A DNA stretch of 64,000 nucleotides from an uncultured Acidobacteriota bacterium (GTDB lineage Bacteria > Acidobacteriota > UBA6911 > RPQK01 > JAPXNP01): positions 192,001-256,000 of the forward strand of contig CAVZRV010000007.1 in NCBI GenBank assembly GCA_963777605.1, in the 5' to 3' direction. Positions within the stretch are counted from its first letter, which is position 1; each line of letters opens with the position of its first letter. The translations under genes were made by a program, and so were the position numbers. Below are positions 9,543 to 20,427 of the stretch, in pieces. The notes beneath the pieces were generated by a model. The model saw nothing but the letters and a program-made list of their open reading frames with translations. It did not search any database and had not been told where the DNA came from.

Positions 9543-10121
9543 CGCCGAGAGCCCGGGCCTCGCGAGTTCGAGATCGAGGAGCGAGCGTAGGGGGCGATGC
9601 CGCAGCATCGACGACGAAGAGCGACGAAGAGATCGGCCGCAACCCCCATCGGCCCGTCGGGTTGCGGCGGGACGGGGCCCATCTCGTCGTTGCGGCTCCT
9701 TGACGATGGCTCGCATCGCCATCGTCGCCACGCCTCGATCCGGACTCCGTCGCGCCCGCAACGATTGTCACGCTATTTCGGGATCGGACCACTGGCATGG
9801 CAGGACTCCCAAACTGGATATGGATGTATTTCAGTATATACCCTGCTTGCCTAGAGGTCTTGCCCCATGGCAAAGTTCAGTCCGGGAAACAAACCCTGGG
9901 GGCCTCGCAGCTGCCGGCCGGATGGAGGCAAGATCGGAGACAGGCAACTGATGGAGGACTGGAAGCCGCGGCTGACGCTTTACTCCCGCACTGAATGGGC
10001 GATCGAATCGCGGCTTTCGGTGCCGATTCCGGAAGGCCCCGCAATAACGCTGATTGCAATCCGGCCATAGAGACTGACAAAATCATTAGAACGCACGTGT
10101 CGCAGCGAACCGGAGAGTGGA

Positions 10122-12566
10122 GTGAATCAGAAACATCTGTGTTGCAGACCGATTTGGATCACACTGCTGATCGTGCTGGTGTTGTTGACATCCCAGATCA
10201 TTGCCCAGTCGTCTCCCCCAGAGCAGAAGTCGGACAATGAGCCCTCTGGTCCGCTGGCGGCGACCGAGGTGCCGTTGGCGGCAGATCAGGCCGTTGCCTT
10301 TCTCCGGGATGTGAACCTGAGGAGTGCCCTGCCCTCCGGTGTCAATCGAATCAAATCACAAATCCCCTCAGTCGCCAAACAGGCAAAGAGCCTCGACGAC
10401 TACACAACCAGTCTGCTGTCAACGCGGGCCTCTCTTCGGGAACTGGGCGATCTTCAGCGAAGCTGGGGGAGGTTGGGAGACCAGCTTCGCACTTGGCAGG
10501 AGGCCATTCTCGGCCAGTCGAAGACACTCGACGGCTTCATCACCGAACTCGACAACCGGCGGCAGATCTGGCGTAAAACGCAGCAAGCCTCGGGCTCAGC
10601 CGAGTATCCGGAACCCGTCAAGGAGATGATCCGGGAAACCCTCTCCAACCTCGCGCAAACCCGCGCCAAGGTCATCGACGGGCGGAGAGCACTCCTGCAA
10701 CTTCAGAACTCTGTTCTCGAGATTCGGGCAACCGTCGCAGAAGGCCTGGCTAAGACCGAGAATGCCATCGACGAACAATGGGGCCAGCTCTTTTCCTTTC
10801 AGAGCCCCCCTCTGTGGAGTGTTATTGCCGGAGTAAGGCCGTCACAACTGGTCACCACCATGGGAGGGCAGTTCCGTTCTGACTGGGAAGCACTGACCGG
10901 CTACGTATCTCAGGAAAAGCGGCTGTTCCTGTTCGATTTCCTGTTCCTCGTACTGTCGCTCGCCATACTCACGGTTCTTCGGAGAGAGCTTCGGACGGAA
11001 CTCGAAATCGAAGGGCGGGAGAAGATCACCCACATTCTTGGCCGCCCGGTGGCGTCATCCCTCCTCGTGGTCGCGTTGCTCAGCACATTGCTGCACCCCC
11101 AGGCCCCCAACTCCTGGCTCAAGCTGGTCACTCTTCTCCTCGTGATCGCTCTCCTTCGCCTCCTGCCCGGGCTGCTTCCCCCGAAGCTCGTGCCTATTCT
11201 GTGGGCGTTCCTCGGGCTTCGGCTGCTGGATGTCTTAACCGACTCGTTCCCGGAAACCGCAGAAGTCGGACGGCTGCTCACCTTCTTGACGACAGTTTTC
11301 GCCCTGCTGCTCCTGGGTTGGTTCCGAAACTCGCTCGATTGCTGCCAGGACCGGTTTTGGCAGGTACTGTTCCGGGCCGGCGTGTCGCTGTCGGCCGTGC
11401 TGCTCGGCGTTGCGCTCTTCGCAAATGTTTTCGGAGGGGTTGCACTGGCGGGAGTGTTGTCCAGCGGGGTGCTGCGGATCGTGTTGGTGGCCACGATCCT
11501 GTGGGCAACTCACCTCGTGATCCGGGCGGCGCTGATCGTCCTGCTACAGACCCGCTTTGCTCGCCGTTCCCGCGTCGTCCTTCTCTACAGCGACCTGATC
11601 CAGCGCCGTATTTCCCGCCTCGTCGGCCTGCTGCTGACCGTCTACTGGTTGTTTGCCGGGCTTCGTATCTTTCTTCTGGAAGAAACGATTTCACAGGATT
11701 TCCTGAGCTTCGTCAAGAGCCCCCTGAAGATCGGCGAACTGTCGGTATCTTTGGCCGACGTAGCGATCTTCGTGATTTCCGTCTGGTTCTCATTCGCGCT
11801 GGCCCGCCTGGTCACGTTTCTGCTCGACGAGGACGTCCTGCCCCGGTTATCGCTGCATCGCGGAGTCGGATCAACCGTTTCCCGTCTGACTTACTACGCC
11901 GTCCTCCTGGTAGGTTTCCTGATCGCGCTGCCGGCGGCCGGGCTCGGGCTCGACCGGTTCACTGTGGTTATCGGCGCCTTCGGTGTCGGCATCGGGTTTG
12001 GCCTGCAGAACATCGTTAACAATTTCGTGTCGGGACTCATACTCCTGTTCGAACGCCCGATCCAGGTCGGAGACAAAGTCCAGGTGGGGCAACTGATAGG
12101 CGAGGTCACCAACATCGGAACGCGCGCCAGCACCATTCGGACCTTCGAAGGTTCCGAGGTAATCGTTCCCAACGGGGACCTCATTTCCGAACAGGTGATC
12201 AACTGGACTTTGTCGGATCTCCAGCGCCGGGTCGAAGTCACTGTCGGAGTGGCCTACGGGACTGATCCCGAGAAAGTCCTCAAGCTCCTCCTGGACGTGG
12301 CAGCGGCCCACGAGCACGTTCTGCCGAAACCCGAACCCGTGGCCCTTTTCATGGGATTTGGAGACAGTTCCCTCGACTTTTCCCTCCGAGCCTGGATTGC
12401 CGACTTCGACAAAGGCTTCAAGGTCCGCAGCGACCTCACCGTTGCCATCAACCGGGCCTTAAGCGAGGCAGGCATCGAAATTCCCTTCCCCCAGAGAGAT
12501 CTCCACATGCGTTCAATGAGTCCGGAGGTCGAGAAAGCGATCGACAAGAAGCCGGAGTCAAAATAA
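10122..12566 (+). CDS. Large MscS-family mechanosensitive channel (MscK-like architecture)
   Basis: GVGIGFGLQNIVNNFVSGLILLFERPIQVGD and IPFPQRDLH; periplasmic coiled coil plus multiple TMs. Confidence 0.92.
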   Translation: MNQKHLCCRPIWITLLIVLVLLTSQIIAQSSPPEQKSDNEPSGPLAATEVPLAADQAVAFLRDVNLRSALPSGVNRIKSQIPSVAKQAKSLDDYTTSLLSTRASLRELGDLQRSWGRLGDQLRTWQEAILGQSKTLDGFITELDNRRQIWRKTQQASGSAEYPEPVKEMIRETLSNLAQTRAKVIDGRRALLQLQNSVLEIRATVAEGLAKTENAIDEQWGQLFSFQSPPLWSVIAGVRPSQLVTTMGGQFRSDWEALTGYVSQEKRLFLFDFLFLVLSLAILTVLRRELRTELEIEGREKITHILGRPVASSLLVVALLSTLLHPQAPNSWLKLVTLLLVIALLRLLPGLLPPKLVPILWAFLGLRLLDVLTDSFPETAEVGRLLTFLTTVFALLLLGWFRNSLDCCQDRFWQVLFRAGVSLSAVLLGVALFANVFGGVALAGVLSSGVLRIVLVATILWATHLVIRAALIVLLQTRFARRSRVVLLYSDLIQRRISRLVGLLLTVYWLFAGLRIFLLEETISQDFLSFVKSPLKIGELSVSLADVAIFVISVWFSFALARLVTFLLDEDVLPRLSLHRGVGSTVSRLTYYAVLLVGFLIALPAAGLGLDRFTVVIGAFGVGIGFGLQNIVNNFVSGLILLFERPIQVGDKVQVGQLIGEVTNIGTRASTIRTFEGSEVIVPNGDLISEQVINWTLSDLQRRVEVTVGVAYGTDPEKVLKLLLDVAAAHEHVLPKPEPVALFMGFGDSSLDFSLRAWIADFDKGFKVRSDLTVAINRALSEAGIEIPFPQRDLHMRSMSPEVEKAIDKKPESK

Positions 12567-12606
12567 AGCACCAGCGGCTGTCGAGGTGCCCACCGCCAAT
12601 CTATGC

Positions 12607-13293
12607 CTACGGCCCGACTCGAGCTTTCACTTCATCGAGGATCACCCGGGTTGCTGAAGCTCCGACCCTCGTAACCCCGATCTCTCGCACCCGCAGCAGG
12701 CGATCCAGGTCTCTCACCCCACCCGCAGCCTTGACCTGGACTTCCGGGGGGGAATGTCGACGCATCAACTCGAGGTCTTCCAGGGTTGCGCCTCCAGTCC
12801 CGTATCCGGTCGAAGTCTTGACCCAGTCTGCTCCGGCGCCACCACATATCTCGCAGAGGCGGATCTTCTGGCCGTCATCCAGATAGCAGTTCTCAAAAAT
12901 GACTTTGATCTTCTGGCCGCGCTCATGAGTCAGATCGACGAGTTCCCGGATTTCACCCGCGACATAGTCCCAGTCCTCACTGACAACCTTGCTGATGTTC
13001 ACGACCATGTCCAATTCTTCGACTCCGTCGTCGAGCGCCTGAACTGCCTCGGCCACCTTGACGGCTGTAGCATGGCCGCCATGGGGAAAGCCCACCGTAG
13101 TACTTGGCTTGACTGAACTTCCCGAAAGCAGTGCAGCGCAACGTTTCAGGTAATAGGGGAGAATACAGACGCTGGCTACGTCATAGTCCACTGCCAGCCG
13201 GCAGCCGTTCTCGAGCTGCTCGACCGTCAGCGTCGGCTTGAGCAGAGAGTGGTCGATCATCTTCGCAATATCAAGATAGCAGTAACTCATCAC
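12607..13293 (-). CDS. deoC: Deoxyribose-phosphate aldolase
   Basis: IDHSLLKP, VGFPHG, ELDMV, VKTSTG, VKAAGGVR. Confidence 0.95.
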   Translation of the reverse strand: MMSYCYLDIAKMIDHSLLKPTLTVEQLENGCRLAVDYDVASVCILPYYLKRCAALLSGSSVKPSTTVGFPHGGHATAVKVAEAVQALDDGVEELDMVVNISKVVSEDWDYVAGEIRELVDLTHERGQKIKVIFENCYLDDGQKIRLCEICGGAGADWVKTSTGYGTGGATLEDLELMRRHSPPEVQVKAAGGVRDLDRLLRVREIGVTRVGASATRVILDEVKARVGP

Positions 13294-14255
13294 TCCTCCA
13301 GTTTCCTCATGGCCAGGGCAATTCCGCCCAGTGTTCCGGCCTGTTCACCCAACTTGGAGATGACAACCGGCACGGTGTCGGCGGGAAACATGCGGACTCG
13401 CAGACGTAAGACCTCCCGGATCGGTTCCAGCAGCAGGTCTCCCATCTGGGCGACGCCCCCTCCGAACACGACCCGGTCAGGGTGAAGCGCAGTGACCATA
13501 TTCGCGACTCCGATACCGATGAACTCAGCCGCACGACGAATCTCGATCTGGACGGTCCGCTCTCCCTCTCGGGCCGCCTGCGCCATGGTTTCAGGCGTAA
13601 CCCGGTTCAGATCGCCTCCAACAATCTCGTGCAGGACGGGGGCCAACCCGTTTCGCAACAGGCGCACACCGGCCGCGGCCACGGCCGGGCCACTGGCGAG
13701 AGCCTCCATGCAGCCGCGGTTGCCGCAACCGCAGATCGGACCGTCAGGGATTATCGTCTGGTGTCCCATTTCGGCGGCAGCGCCGAGTGGTCCCAGGCGG
13801 AGTTTACGGTCAATCACGATCCCCCCGCCAATTCCGGTTCCGATCGCAAAGAAGACAAAACTGGCGACCTCCCTTCCATGCCCGTATTCCATCTCTCCGA
13901 GAGTCGCCGTACGAACGTCGTTCAGGAGGTAGACCGGGCAGGCGACCCGTGGAGAGAGGATCGCGCGGACTTCGACACCTCTCCATTGGGTGGGAAGGTT
14001 GGGAAGAAACAGGGTCCGGCCCTGGGCAAGATCCACCAGTCCAGGGACTCCCATCCCCAACGCCGACGGGGGCGTACCCACCTCGGCAGCCAGGCGATTG
14101 ACCAGTTGGGCGATCCGGTCGAGGACCGCCTCGGGACCTTCATGGGAACGGGTTGGAGCGGAATCAGAAACCAGGACCGTCCCGTCGGCCTTCCCGAGAG
14201 CTGCCTTGATGTTCGTCCCGCCCAGATCCACACTGGCAAAAATCGCTTCCGTCAC
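13290..14255 (-). CDS. ROK family sugar kinase
   Basis: DLGGTN, NDVRTATLGE, GTGIGGG, EMGH, CGCGNRGCME. Confidence 0.92.
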   Translation of the reverse strand: MTEAIFASVDLGGTNIKAALGKADGTVLVSDSAPTRSHEGPEAVLDRIAQLVNRLAAEVGTPPSALGMGVPGLVDLAQGRTLFLPNLPTQWRGVEVRAILSPRVACPVYLLNDVRTATLGEMEYGHGREVASFVFFAIGTGIGGGIVIDRKLRLGPLGAAAEMGHQTIIPDGPICGCGNRGCMEALASGPAVAAAGVRLLRNGLAPVLHEIVGGDLNRVTPETMAQAAREGERTVQIEIRRAAEFIGIGVANMVTALHPDRVVFGGGVAQMGDLLLEPIREVLRLRVRMFPADTVPVVISKLGEQAGTLGGIALAMRKLEE

Positions 14256-14644
14256 TCAAATCTCCCCTCCAGTTAGCACTTCGCACTTCGGTTTCGCACT
14301 TCGACCTCGGCATTCGCCTTCGCCGTTCGGGATTCGGACGTTCCAAGTCCCGTTGGATCCGGACGGCTGGAGCACATTTAACGCACCCCGTCACCCCGAG
14401 GGAAGCTGTCGCTTCCCTGACGACGGGCCGGGATTTAAAGCGGAACCTGTCGGTTCCGCACTTCCATCTCCACATCCTTTCTCGACCGCTCGCCTCAATC
14501 CCGAGCCAAACGGAGCCAGTTTCTCCAGTTTATCCAAGTCTCCTCGATTGACCCTTCAAGTCAGCCCCAGCCCCGGCCGCCGCCGGACGATCCCGGGGCC
14601 GCGGCTGCGCCTTAACCCCGGCTCTGTGTCTGTCTCCGGTCTCC

Positions 14645-14690
14645 GGTTAGGTGGCTTCGATCACGGAGACAAGCTGGAAGCATGTCCTAC
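14645..14690 (-). repeat. REP element overlapping the BASS stop codon
   Basis: GGAGACAAGCTGGAAGCATGTCCTAC; the TAG of GTAG is the stop codon at 14687-14689. Confidence 0.8.
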
Positions 14691-15847
14691 TCTATTTTCG
14701 AATCAGCCGGGGGGCGTCCCGCCCACCAGGAGGCCAGCATTGCGCCCGACATGTTCATCCAGGGCCCGAAGATCGCCGGAGGGATCGCTGCCAGTTCACT
14801 CTTGAGGACGCCGATCGCCAGCCCGGACGCCATTCCTCCATTCTGCAGGCCAACCTCGATCGAGACCGTCCTGCAGTCCGTTTCATTGAGGCCGATGACG
14901 CGGGCGCCCCAGTAGCCGAGCAAGTAGCCGGTGGAATTGTGAATGATCACCGCCACCATCACGGCGATCACGAAGCCCCCGGCCAGCAGGTCGTCTCGCG
15001 AAAGGGCGGTGATGATCGCAATGATGAAGCAAATCGAGAACATCGAGACGTATGGCAGTCCCTTGAAGATTGCCCGCGAGACTCCTCCCAGCGAGGGATA
15101 GGCCCGGGCTCCGCGAGTCAGGAGCGCATTGACGACAAGTCCGGCGACGATCGGCACGATAATCATGTTCAGGATCGACAGCATCATCGCCACGAACTTG
15201 ACCTCGACATAAGTGCCGGCCAGGAGCTTGGTCATGGCCGGGGTCATGATGGGCGCCATCAGCGTTGAGCAGGAGGTCATTGTCACCGAAAGCGCCACGT
15301 TGCCGTGCGCCAGAAAAGTCATGACGTTGGAGGCAACCCCGCCGGGACAGGCCCCAACCAGCACCATCCCCGCGGCGACTTCGGGGTTGCGGATGAAGAT
15401 CATCGCCAGCGCTTTGCCGACAAAGGGCATCACCGTAAACTGCAGGACCATCCCGATCAGGACGGCTCGAGGCATCAGGAAGACCCTTTTGAAATCGCCC
15501 AGGGTCAGTTGTGTGCCCATCCCGAACATGATGATCTGGATGAGCGGCACGATGAGGTTCTTCAGCTCATAGCCAAACCAGACCAGGAAGGCCTCGGGGT
15601 AAAACATGGCGGCCGCAACAAAGGCCGCCACCCAGGCCGTGAAAGCAAAGGCCGCATAAGTCTTGCTCCCCATGAGATGCACCGCTATAAGCACAAATGC
15701 GCCGATTACCAGGGACGACGCTAGCAGCGGGACATCGAAAAGGGCCGCCACGACACCAAAGGTCAGGGCTGCCAGAGCGGCACCGGGCAAAAGCTGTCGA
15801 ATACGGTTCAATGACGAGGCTGAATCCGGATGGCTGCTGGGAGTCAT
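14687..15847 (-). CDS. Bile acid:sodium symporter (BASS) family transporter
   Basis: IMFGMG, CPGGVASNVMTFLA, SIEVGLQNGG. Confidence 0.92.
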   Translation of the reverse strand: MTPSSHPDSASSLNRIRQLLPGAALAALTFGVVAALFDVPLLASSLVIGAFVLIAVHLMGSKTYAAFAFTAWVAAFVAAAMFYPEAFLVWFGYELKNLIVPLIQIIMFGMGTQLTLGDFKRVFLMPRAVLIGMVLQFTVMPFVGKALAMIFIRNPEVAAGMVLVGACPGGVASNVMTFLAHGNVALSVTMTSCSTLMAPIMTPAMTKLLAGTYVEVKFVAMMLSILNMIIVPIVAGLVVNALLTRGARAYPSLGGVSRAIFKGLPYVSMFSICFIIAIITALSRDDLLAGGFVIAVMVAVIIHNSTGYLLGYWGARVIGLNETDCRTVSIEVGLQNGGMASGLAIGVLKSELAAIPPAIFGPWMNMSGAMLASWWAGRPPADSKIE

Positions 15848-16051
15848 GGATCCCCCATTATTGCCGACACCGAAGAGAAAATGAAGGAGAGGGCGAGAGA
15901 ATTGGCGGGCTCTCCCGGAGCAATCGCAGCCACGCCCCGGGTCCGCGGTGCTGTTCAGCCGCGACTGGTGAGAATGGCCTCCAACTTTGTGCCTCGCAAA
16001 GCCCGATGGAAAGCCAGCCGAACTTCGACTTCCGGGATTTGAGTGGTTGTT

Positions 16052-18433
16052 TCACTGCTGCCTCGAGATTCCCCAGAAGTCATCCAGTTGGGCCCCGAGT
16101 TCGTCTGCGCCTGAGACTCGGACCGGTTTCCACTCGCGGGGCAGGAGGCGACGGTAGGGATGGCGCCTGAAGCGCTCGTCGATCAAGAGGACGACTCCCC
16201 GATCCGTTTCAGAGCGAATAACCCGGCCTGCCGCCTGGAGAACACGGTTCATTCCGGGATAGCAGTAGGCGTACTCAAACCCGCGTCTCAGCTTCCCTTC
16301 GTAGTAGTCCCGGATCAGATCCCGTTCCACCGAAATCCCCGGCAGCCCGACTCCAACTACAGCGGCACCGGTCAGTCGGTCCCCCACCAAGTCAATGGCC
16401 TCTCCGAAGATCCCTCCCAGAACGGCAAATCCGACCAGCGTCCGCCCTGAGTCCGTTGTAAAACGATCGAGGAAATCCCTTTCGATCTCCGTCCTTCATA
16501 CCAGGCTCCTGGACGATGACATCAATGTCGTGGGCCTCTACCAGGAATGACTGCAACGCCATGGACAAGATATTCATAGGAGGGGAAGAAGAGCAAGGTA
16601 GTTGCCACTCCGGCGACCGACGAACGCCATCAGACACTGAACGATCGTTTCAAGGGTGTCTTCCCGCTTGCGGTAGAGCGTGGACGCGCGGTCCATCAAG
16701 AGCGCGCAGAAGTTCTCGGGAGGAAAGGGAGAGGGCACCCGGAGCTCTAATGCCGTTTCGGAACAGCCGAGCACTGATCTGAAGTAGTCTGGCGGATCCA
16801 GAGTGGCTGACAGGAAAACCGCACAGCGGGTACGCTTCAAGGACTCTCTCAACCGATTTGAAGGGTCAACACAATAGAGGCTGACCACGAGGTCTGTGCC
16901 TGCGACCTGATAGGTCGTTCGATAGCGCTCATCATAAGCCTCTCCAGTGCGAAGAAAGTGCCCTAGAGCATAGTAGAACCCGGCAACCGATTCACGGATC
17001 GCATCGGAGAGATCAGGACGACCGGCAAGCAGTTGCTCCGCGTCCCGCAGGCACTGCGCGAGAACGGGGAAGAGATCCACCGGCTTCTCCACGGAAGTTG
17101 TGGTGTGGCCTTGTTCTTCGCAGACCTGCCTTCTCCGCAGTAGCCACGAATTGGCACGGTTGAGGGATCGAGACAGATTCCTCGCCAGCCTCTGGACTTG
17201 CCTCCGGACCTCGAGGAGGTTCTCCTTGCTGATCGCCGCCGAGTACATTTCACGGGCCCGGTCCACCAGGTTGTGGGCCTCGTCCACCAGGTAGAGTACC
17301 GATTCCTGGGCATCCAAGTCACCTCGCCGCAGGTAGACCTGGGGATCGAAGACGTAGTTGTAATCGCAGATCACGCAATCCGCAAAAGAAATCAACTCGA
17401 GCGACAACTCGAACGGGCACAACCGGTGACGCTTTGCTACACCCTCGATGACTTCCCTCGACAGGAGCTCCTCCCGGAGCAGGTTCTTGATCCCCTCCTC
17501 CAGGCGATCGTAAAAACCACGGGCAAATTCGCATTCCGCCGCTGAGCAGGCGGCTGGATCACAGAAGCAAACCTTGTCCCGGGCGGTCAACTGAAGGGCT
17601 CGAATCCGGAGTCCCCGGCTCCGGAGATCTTCGAGAGCGCTGAGGGCAACACGCTGTCCCGTACCTCTCGCCGTCAGGAAGAACATCCTGCGGAGATGCC
17701 CTTCACCCATGGCTTTGATCGAGGGAAAGATCGCTGCAACCGTTTTTCCTATTCCTGTGGGGGCCTGAACGAGCAACTGCCCTCCATCACGGACAACCTG
17801 GTACACGGCAACGGCAACTTCTCTTTGTCCGGCTCGAAAGTGAGGAAAGGGAAACTCCAGCGACCGCGCAGAATCGTTTCTCAGCTCAAGCCACTCGAGT
17901 CTCTCCCGGCAGAGACGCAGATAATGGTTGGAGATCGCTTCGAAAAAGGTCCGCAACTCATGAATCTCCCAGGTTCGGCGAGTCGATCGCTCTTCCTGGG
18001 TATCCAGTTGGTAATAGGTCAGTTGGGTTTCGACCCGTTCCAGGTCACGTCCATTCCAGAGAAGGTAGGAATAGATCCTGGCCTGGGCCCAGTGGACGGC
18101 ATTATCGAAGATCCGGTCATCACTCAGGTCGTGGCGGGTGGTCTTGATCTCTTCGACCACCGCCCGGTTCCCATGTTCGAAGACACCATCGGCCCGGCCC
18201 TCGACCTCAAGCCGGAATCCATGGCCTGTAGCCACGCCACTGAGGGGAACTTCCCGGGTGTACTCCGCAGGACGGGATTCCTGGATCTTGCGGTGGGCCC
18301 GCACCGCTTCCGCCGGGTTGGCCAACTCCCAACCACCCGGTTTCAGGTCACCCTGGCGATTCGCACTTTCGGCGAGTTGACGAACCGCGATCCTCAGGGT
18401 TTCCAGTTCAGGCTGTCCTTCCATGTTCATCAA
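16052..18433 (-). CDS. Rad3/DinG Fe-S helicase with N-terminal PD-(D/E)xK nuclease (frameshifted near 16600-16390)
   Basis: QAPTGIGKT, VDEAHN, LSATL, QAAGRVIR; Fe-S cysteines; N-terminal GRADG..VEEIKT..QARIY. Confidence 0.88.
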
Positions 18434-18481
18434 GGACTGCGAGACGCCGTCCCAGGTTCGTAAAGCAGCGCTTGTGAACCG

Positions 18482-20143
18482 TCAAGGAGAAGTCACGTTG
18501 GTCTTAAGGGTATCCGAGAGAACGAGGTTTTGACGCTTCAAGGTCCGGCCGACCACGCGATCGAGACGATTGTGGCTCTTGATCAGGTCGATGCGGACAC
18601 GGAGCAGCACTGTCTCGGCCTGGAGAAGATCGCGCTGAGCCTCAATCAATTCACGGGTGGTTCCCATCCCGACAGCAAAACGCGATTCTTCTCCCTCCAT
18701 CCGCTCCCGGGCAGCACCCACCGCTGCCGTAGAGGCCTCGATGCTGGCTTCGTTCATCTCGATCTGGGTCAAAATGTCCCGGATTTCAGCACCTGCCGCC
18801 TGATAAGTCGCCGAACGTTGCATCTCCGCCCGATTCAGCTCGATCTGGGCCTGAGCGTTGGAGGCCCGGGCGTCAATGTTGGCGAGCGGGAGCTGAAGGT
18901 TGAGGCCGACGACATACCCGTAGTAGCTCCCCCCAAAGGTCTGGGAAAGGGCATCACCCAGACCGCCAGGGATGATGTTGACGATAGGCGGATCAAAAAA
19001 ACCCTGGGAGTAATCACGGATCACCTGGGTTCCACCGATGCCGAATTGCTGGTAGCCCCCGACAAACTCGAGCGAGGGCTTCAGCCGGTCGCGACTTCGT
19101 TGCAGCTCAATCCTCCGGTTGTCGATCGAGATGGCCGCCTGCTGCAGATCGGGCCGCAACTCGGAAGACTGCATCATCAATTCGTCAAACGGCTCGGGCT
19201 TGTCCGGTTGCTTTTGCTCCGTTTCCGCGGGAATGATCTCTCCCGAGAACTTCCTTGGATCGTCATATCCGGTTACCAACGTGACCAGTTGATCCTGGAC
19301 CCGGCGGGCCGTGTACTGGCTGCGGATCAGTTCCTCCTGGCGGGAGGCGACTTCCGCTTTAACCTGGACAACCTCGAGGCGGGAAGCCGTCCCGACTTCA
19401 AACCTCGCCTGGTTCTGCTCGTAAATAGTCTGGGCAAGATCGTAGGATTTTTGTTTAACGTCGATATCCTTCAGAGCGTAATCGAGGTCCCAGAACTGGT
19501 CCTGGACCTGGGAAACCACCCCGAGGACGAGATCGTAAAACTGCTGGTCGGAAAGATCGACATTGTTCCGCCCGATCTCCAGGTCGTATTCGGCATCGGC
19601 CTTTCCAAATCCTTCCAGGAGGTTTTGCCTGAAGAGGAGTTCGAACTGCGTCTGAATCGTCGGGATCAAAGAGGTGAAAAAGTTCGTGGTGCGGTTTCGA
19701 TTGCCCTTGAAAGTGATCTCGAACTTCGTTCCCGTGTGGAAGAGCTGGCTGAAACCGAGGTTGTAGTCCGTCAGGATGTCGGTGACGCTGTCGCCGCCCT
19801 GGAGAATACTGGCGGCCGGAGTTCTGCTTCGGTCCCAGGAGAAACCGAACGTGCTCAGCGGTTCGTACGGAACACGATCCTTCGCGAGATCCCAGTTGCG
19901 AAGCAACCGGTTGTGTCGCTCAACATTCAAGTTGAGATTGTTCTCCAGCGCGAGTTGGATCGCCTCACGCTCCGTCAGGTGCAGTTTCCCATCGATCCAC
20001 TTGCCGACATCACGGACTATACCGGGCTTGACCCGGGCAACTGGAACATCTTCATAGTACTTCCTGACCAGCCCGGACTGCGCATCAACCGGATTTATGG
20101 CCAAACATCCACCGATACAGAGCATTACGAGGCTTCTCAACAT
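18482..20143 (-). CDS. TolC family outer membrane efflux protein
   Basis: AIQLALENN, RFEVGTASRLEV, RFAVGMGTTRELIEAQRDL; signal peptide from ATG 20143. Confidence 0.88.
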   Translation of the reverse strand: MLRSLVMLCIGGCLAINPVDAQSGLVRKYYEDVPVARVKPGIVRDVGKWIDGKLHLTEREAIQLALENNLNLNVERHNRLLRNWDLAKDRVPYEPLSTFGFSWDRSRTPAASILQGGDSVTDILTDYNLGFSQLFHTGTKFEITFKGNRNRTTNFFTSLIPTIQTQFELLFRQNLLEGFGKADAEYDLEIGRNNVDLSDQQFYDLVLGVVSQVQDQFWDLDYALKDIDVKQKSYDLAQTIYEQNQARFEVGTASRLEVVQVKAEVASRQEELIRSQYTARRVQDQLVTLVTGYDDPRKFSGEIIPAETEQKQPDKPEPFDELMMQSSELRPDLQQAAISIDNRRIELQRSRDRLKPSLEFVGGYQQFGIGGTQVIRDYSQGFFDPPIVNIIPGGLGDALSQTFGGSYYGYVVGLNLQLPLANIDARASNAQAQIELNRAEMQRSATYQAAGAEIRDILTQIEMNEASIEASTAAVGAARERMEGEESRFAVGMGTTRELIEAQRDLLQAETVLLRVRIDLIKSHNRLDRVVGRTLKRQNLVLSDTLKTNVTSP

Positions 20144-20427
20144 GGGGGTCTCTCTCCGAGCATTCGAATGCAGCTTCGCCCAAGTCTCCCGGCGGAAGTA
20201 AACCTGACTGTCTTTCCGAAAGCAACCTTGCGCTCTCGAGGGGCGCCCGACCCGGATACGAAGATTACTGTCCCTCAAACTGGCAATCATGTTTCCAGGC
20301 CGGTTCGGTCCGGTCTCAACGGGAAAACATACTCCATCCTTCAAAGCAGAGTCAAAATCAGGCTGATTCCAAAACGCCCACATCGCCCACTGCTATGTTT
20401 AAAAATAGCGCTTCAATTATGACAAAC

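Noticed and set aside
16052-18433. Type IV CRISPR CasDinG or Cas4
   Set aside because: No csf/cas genes or array in the window.
18530-20422. Long antisense ORFs (also 28396-29937, 39603-40844, 56160-57203)
   Set aside because: Shadows of real genes on the opposite strand, typical of high-GC codon usage.
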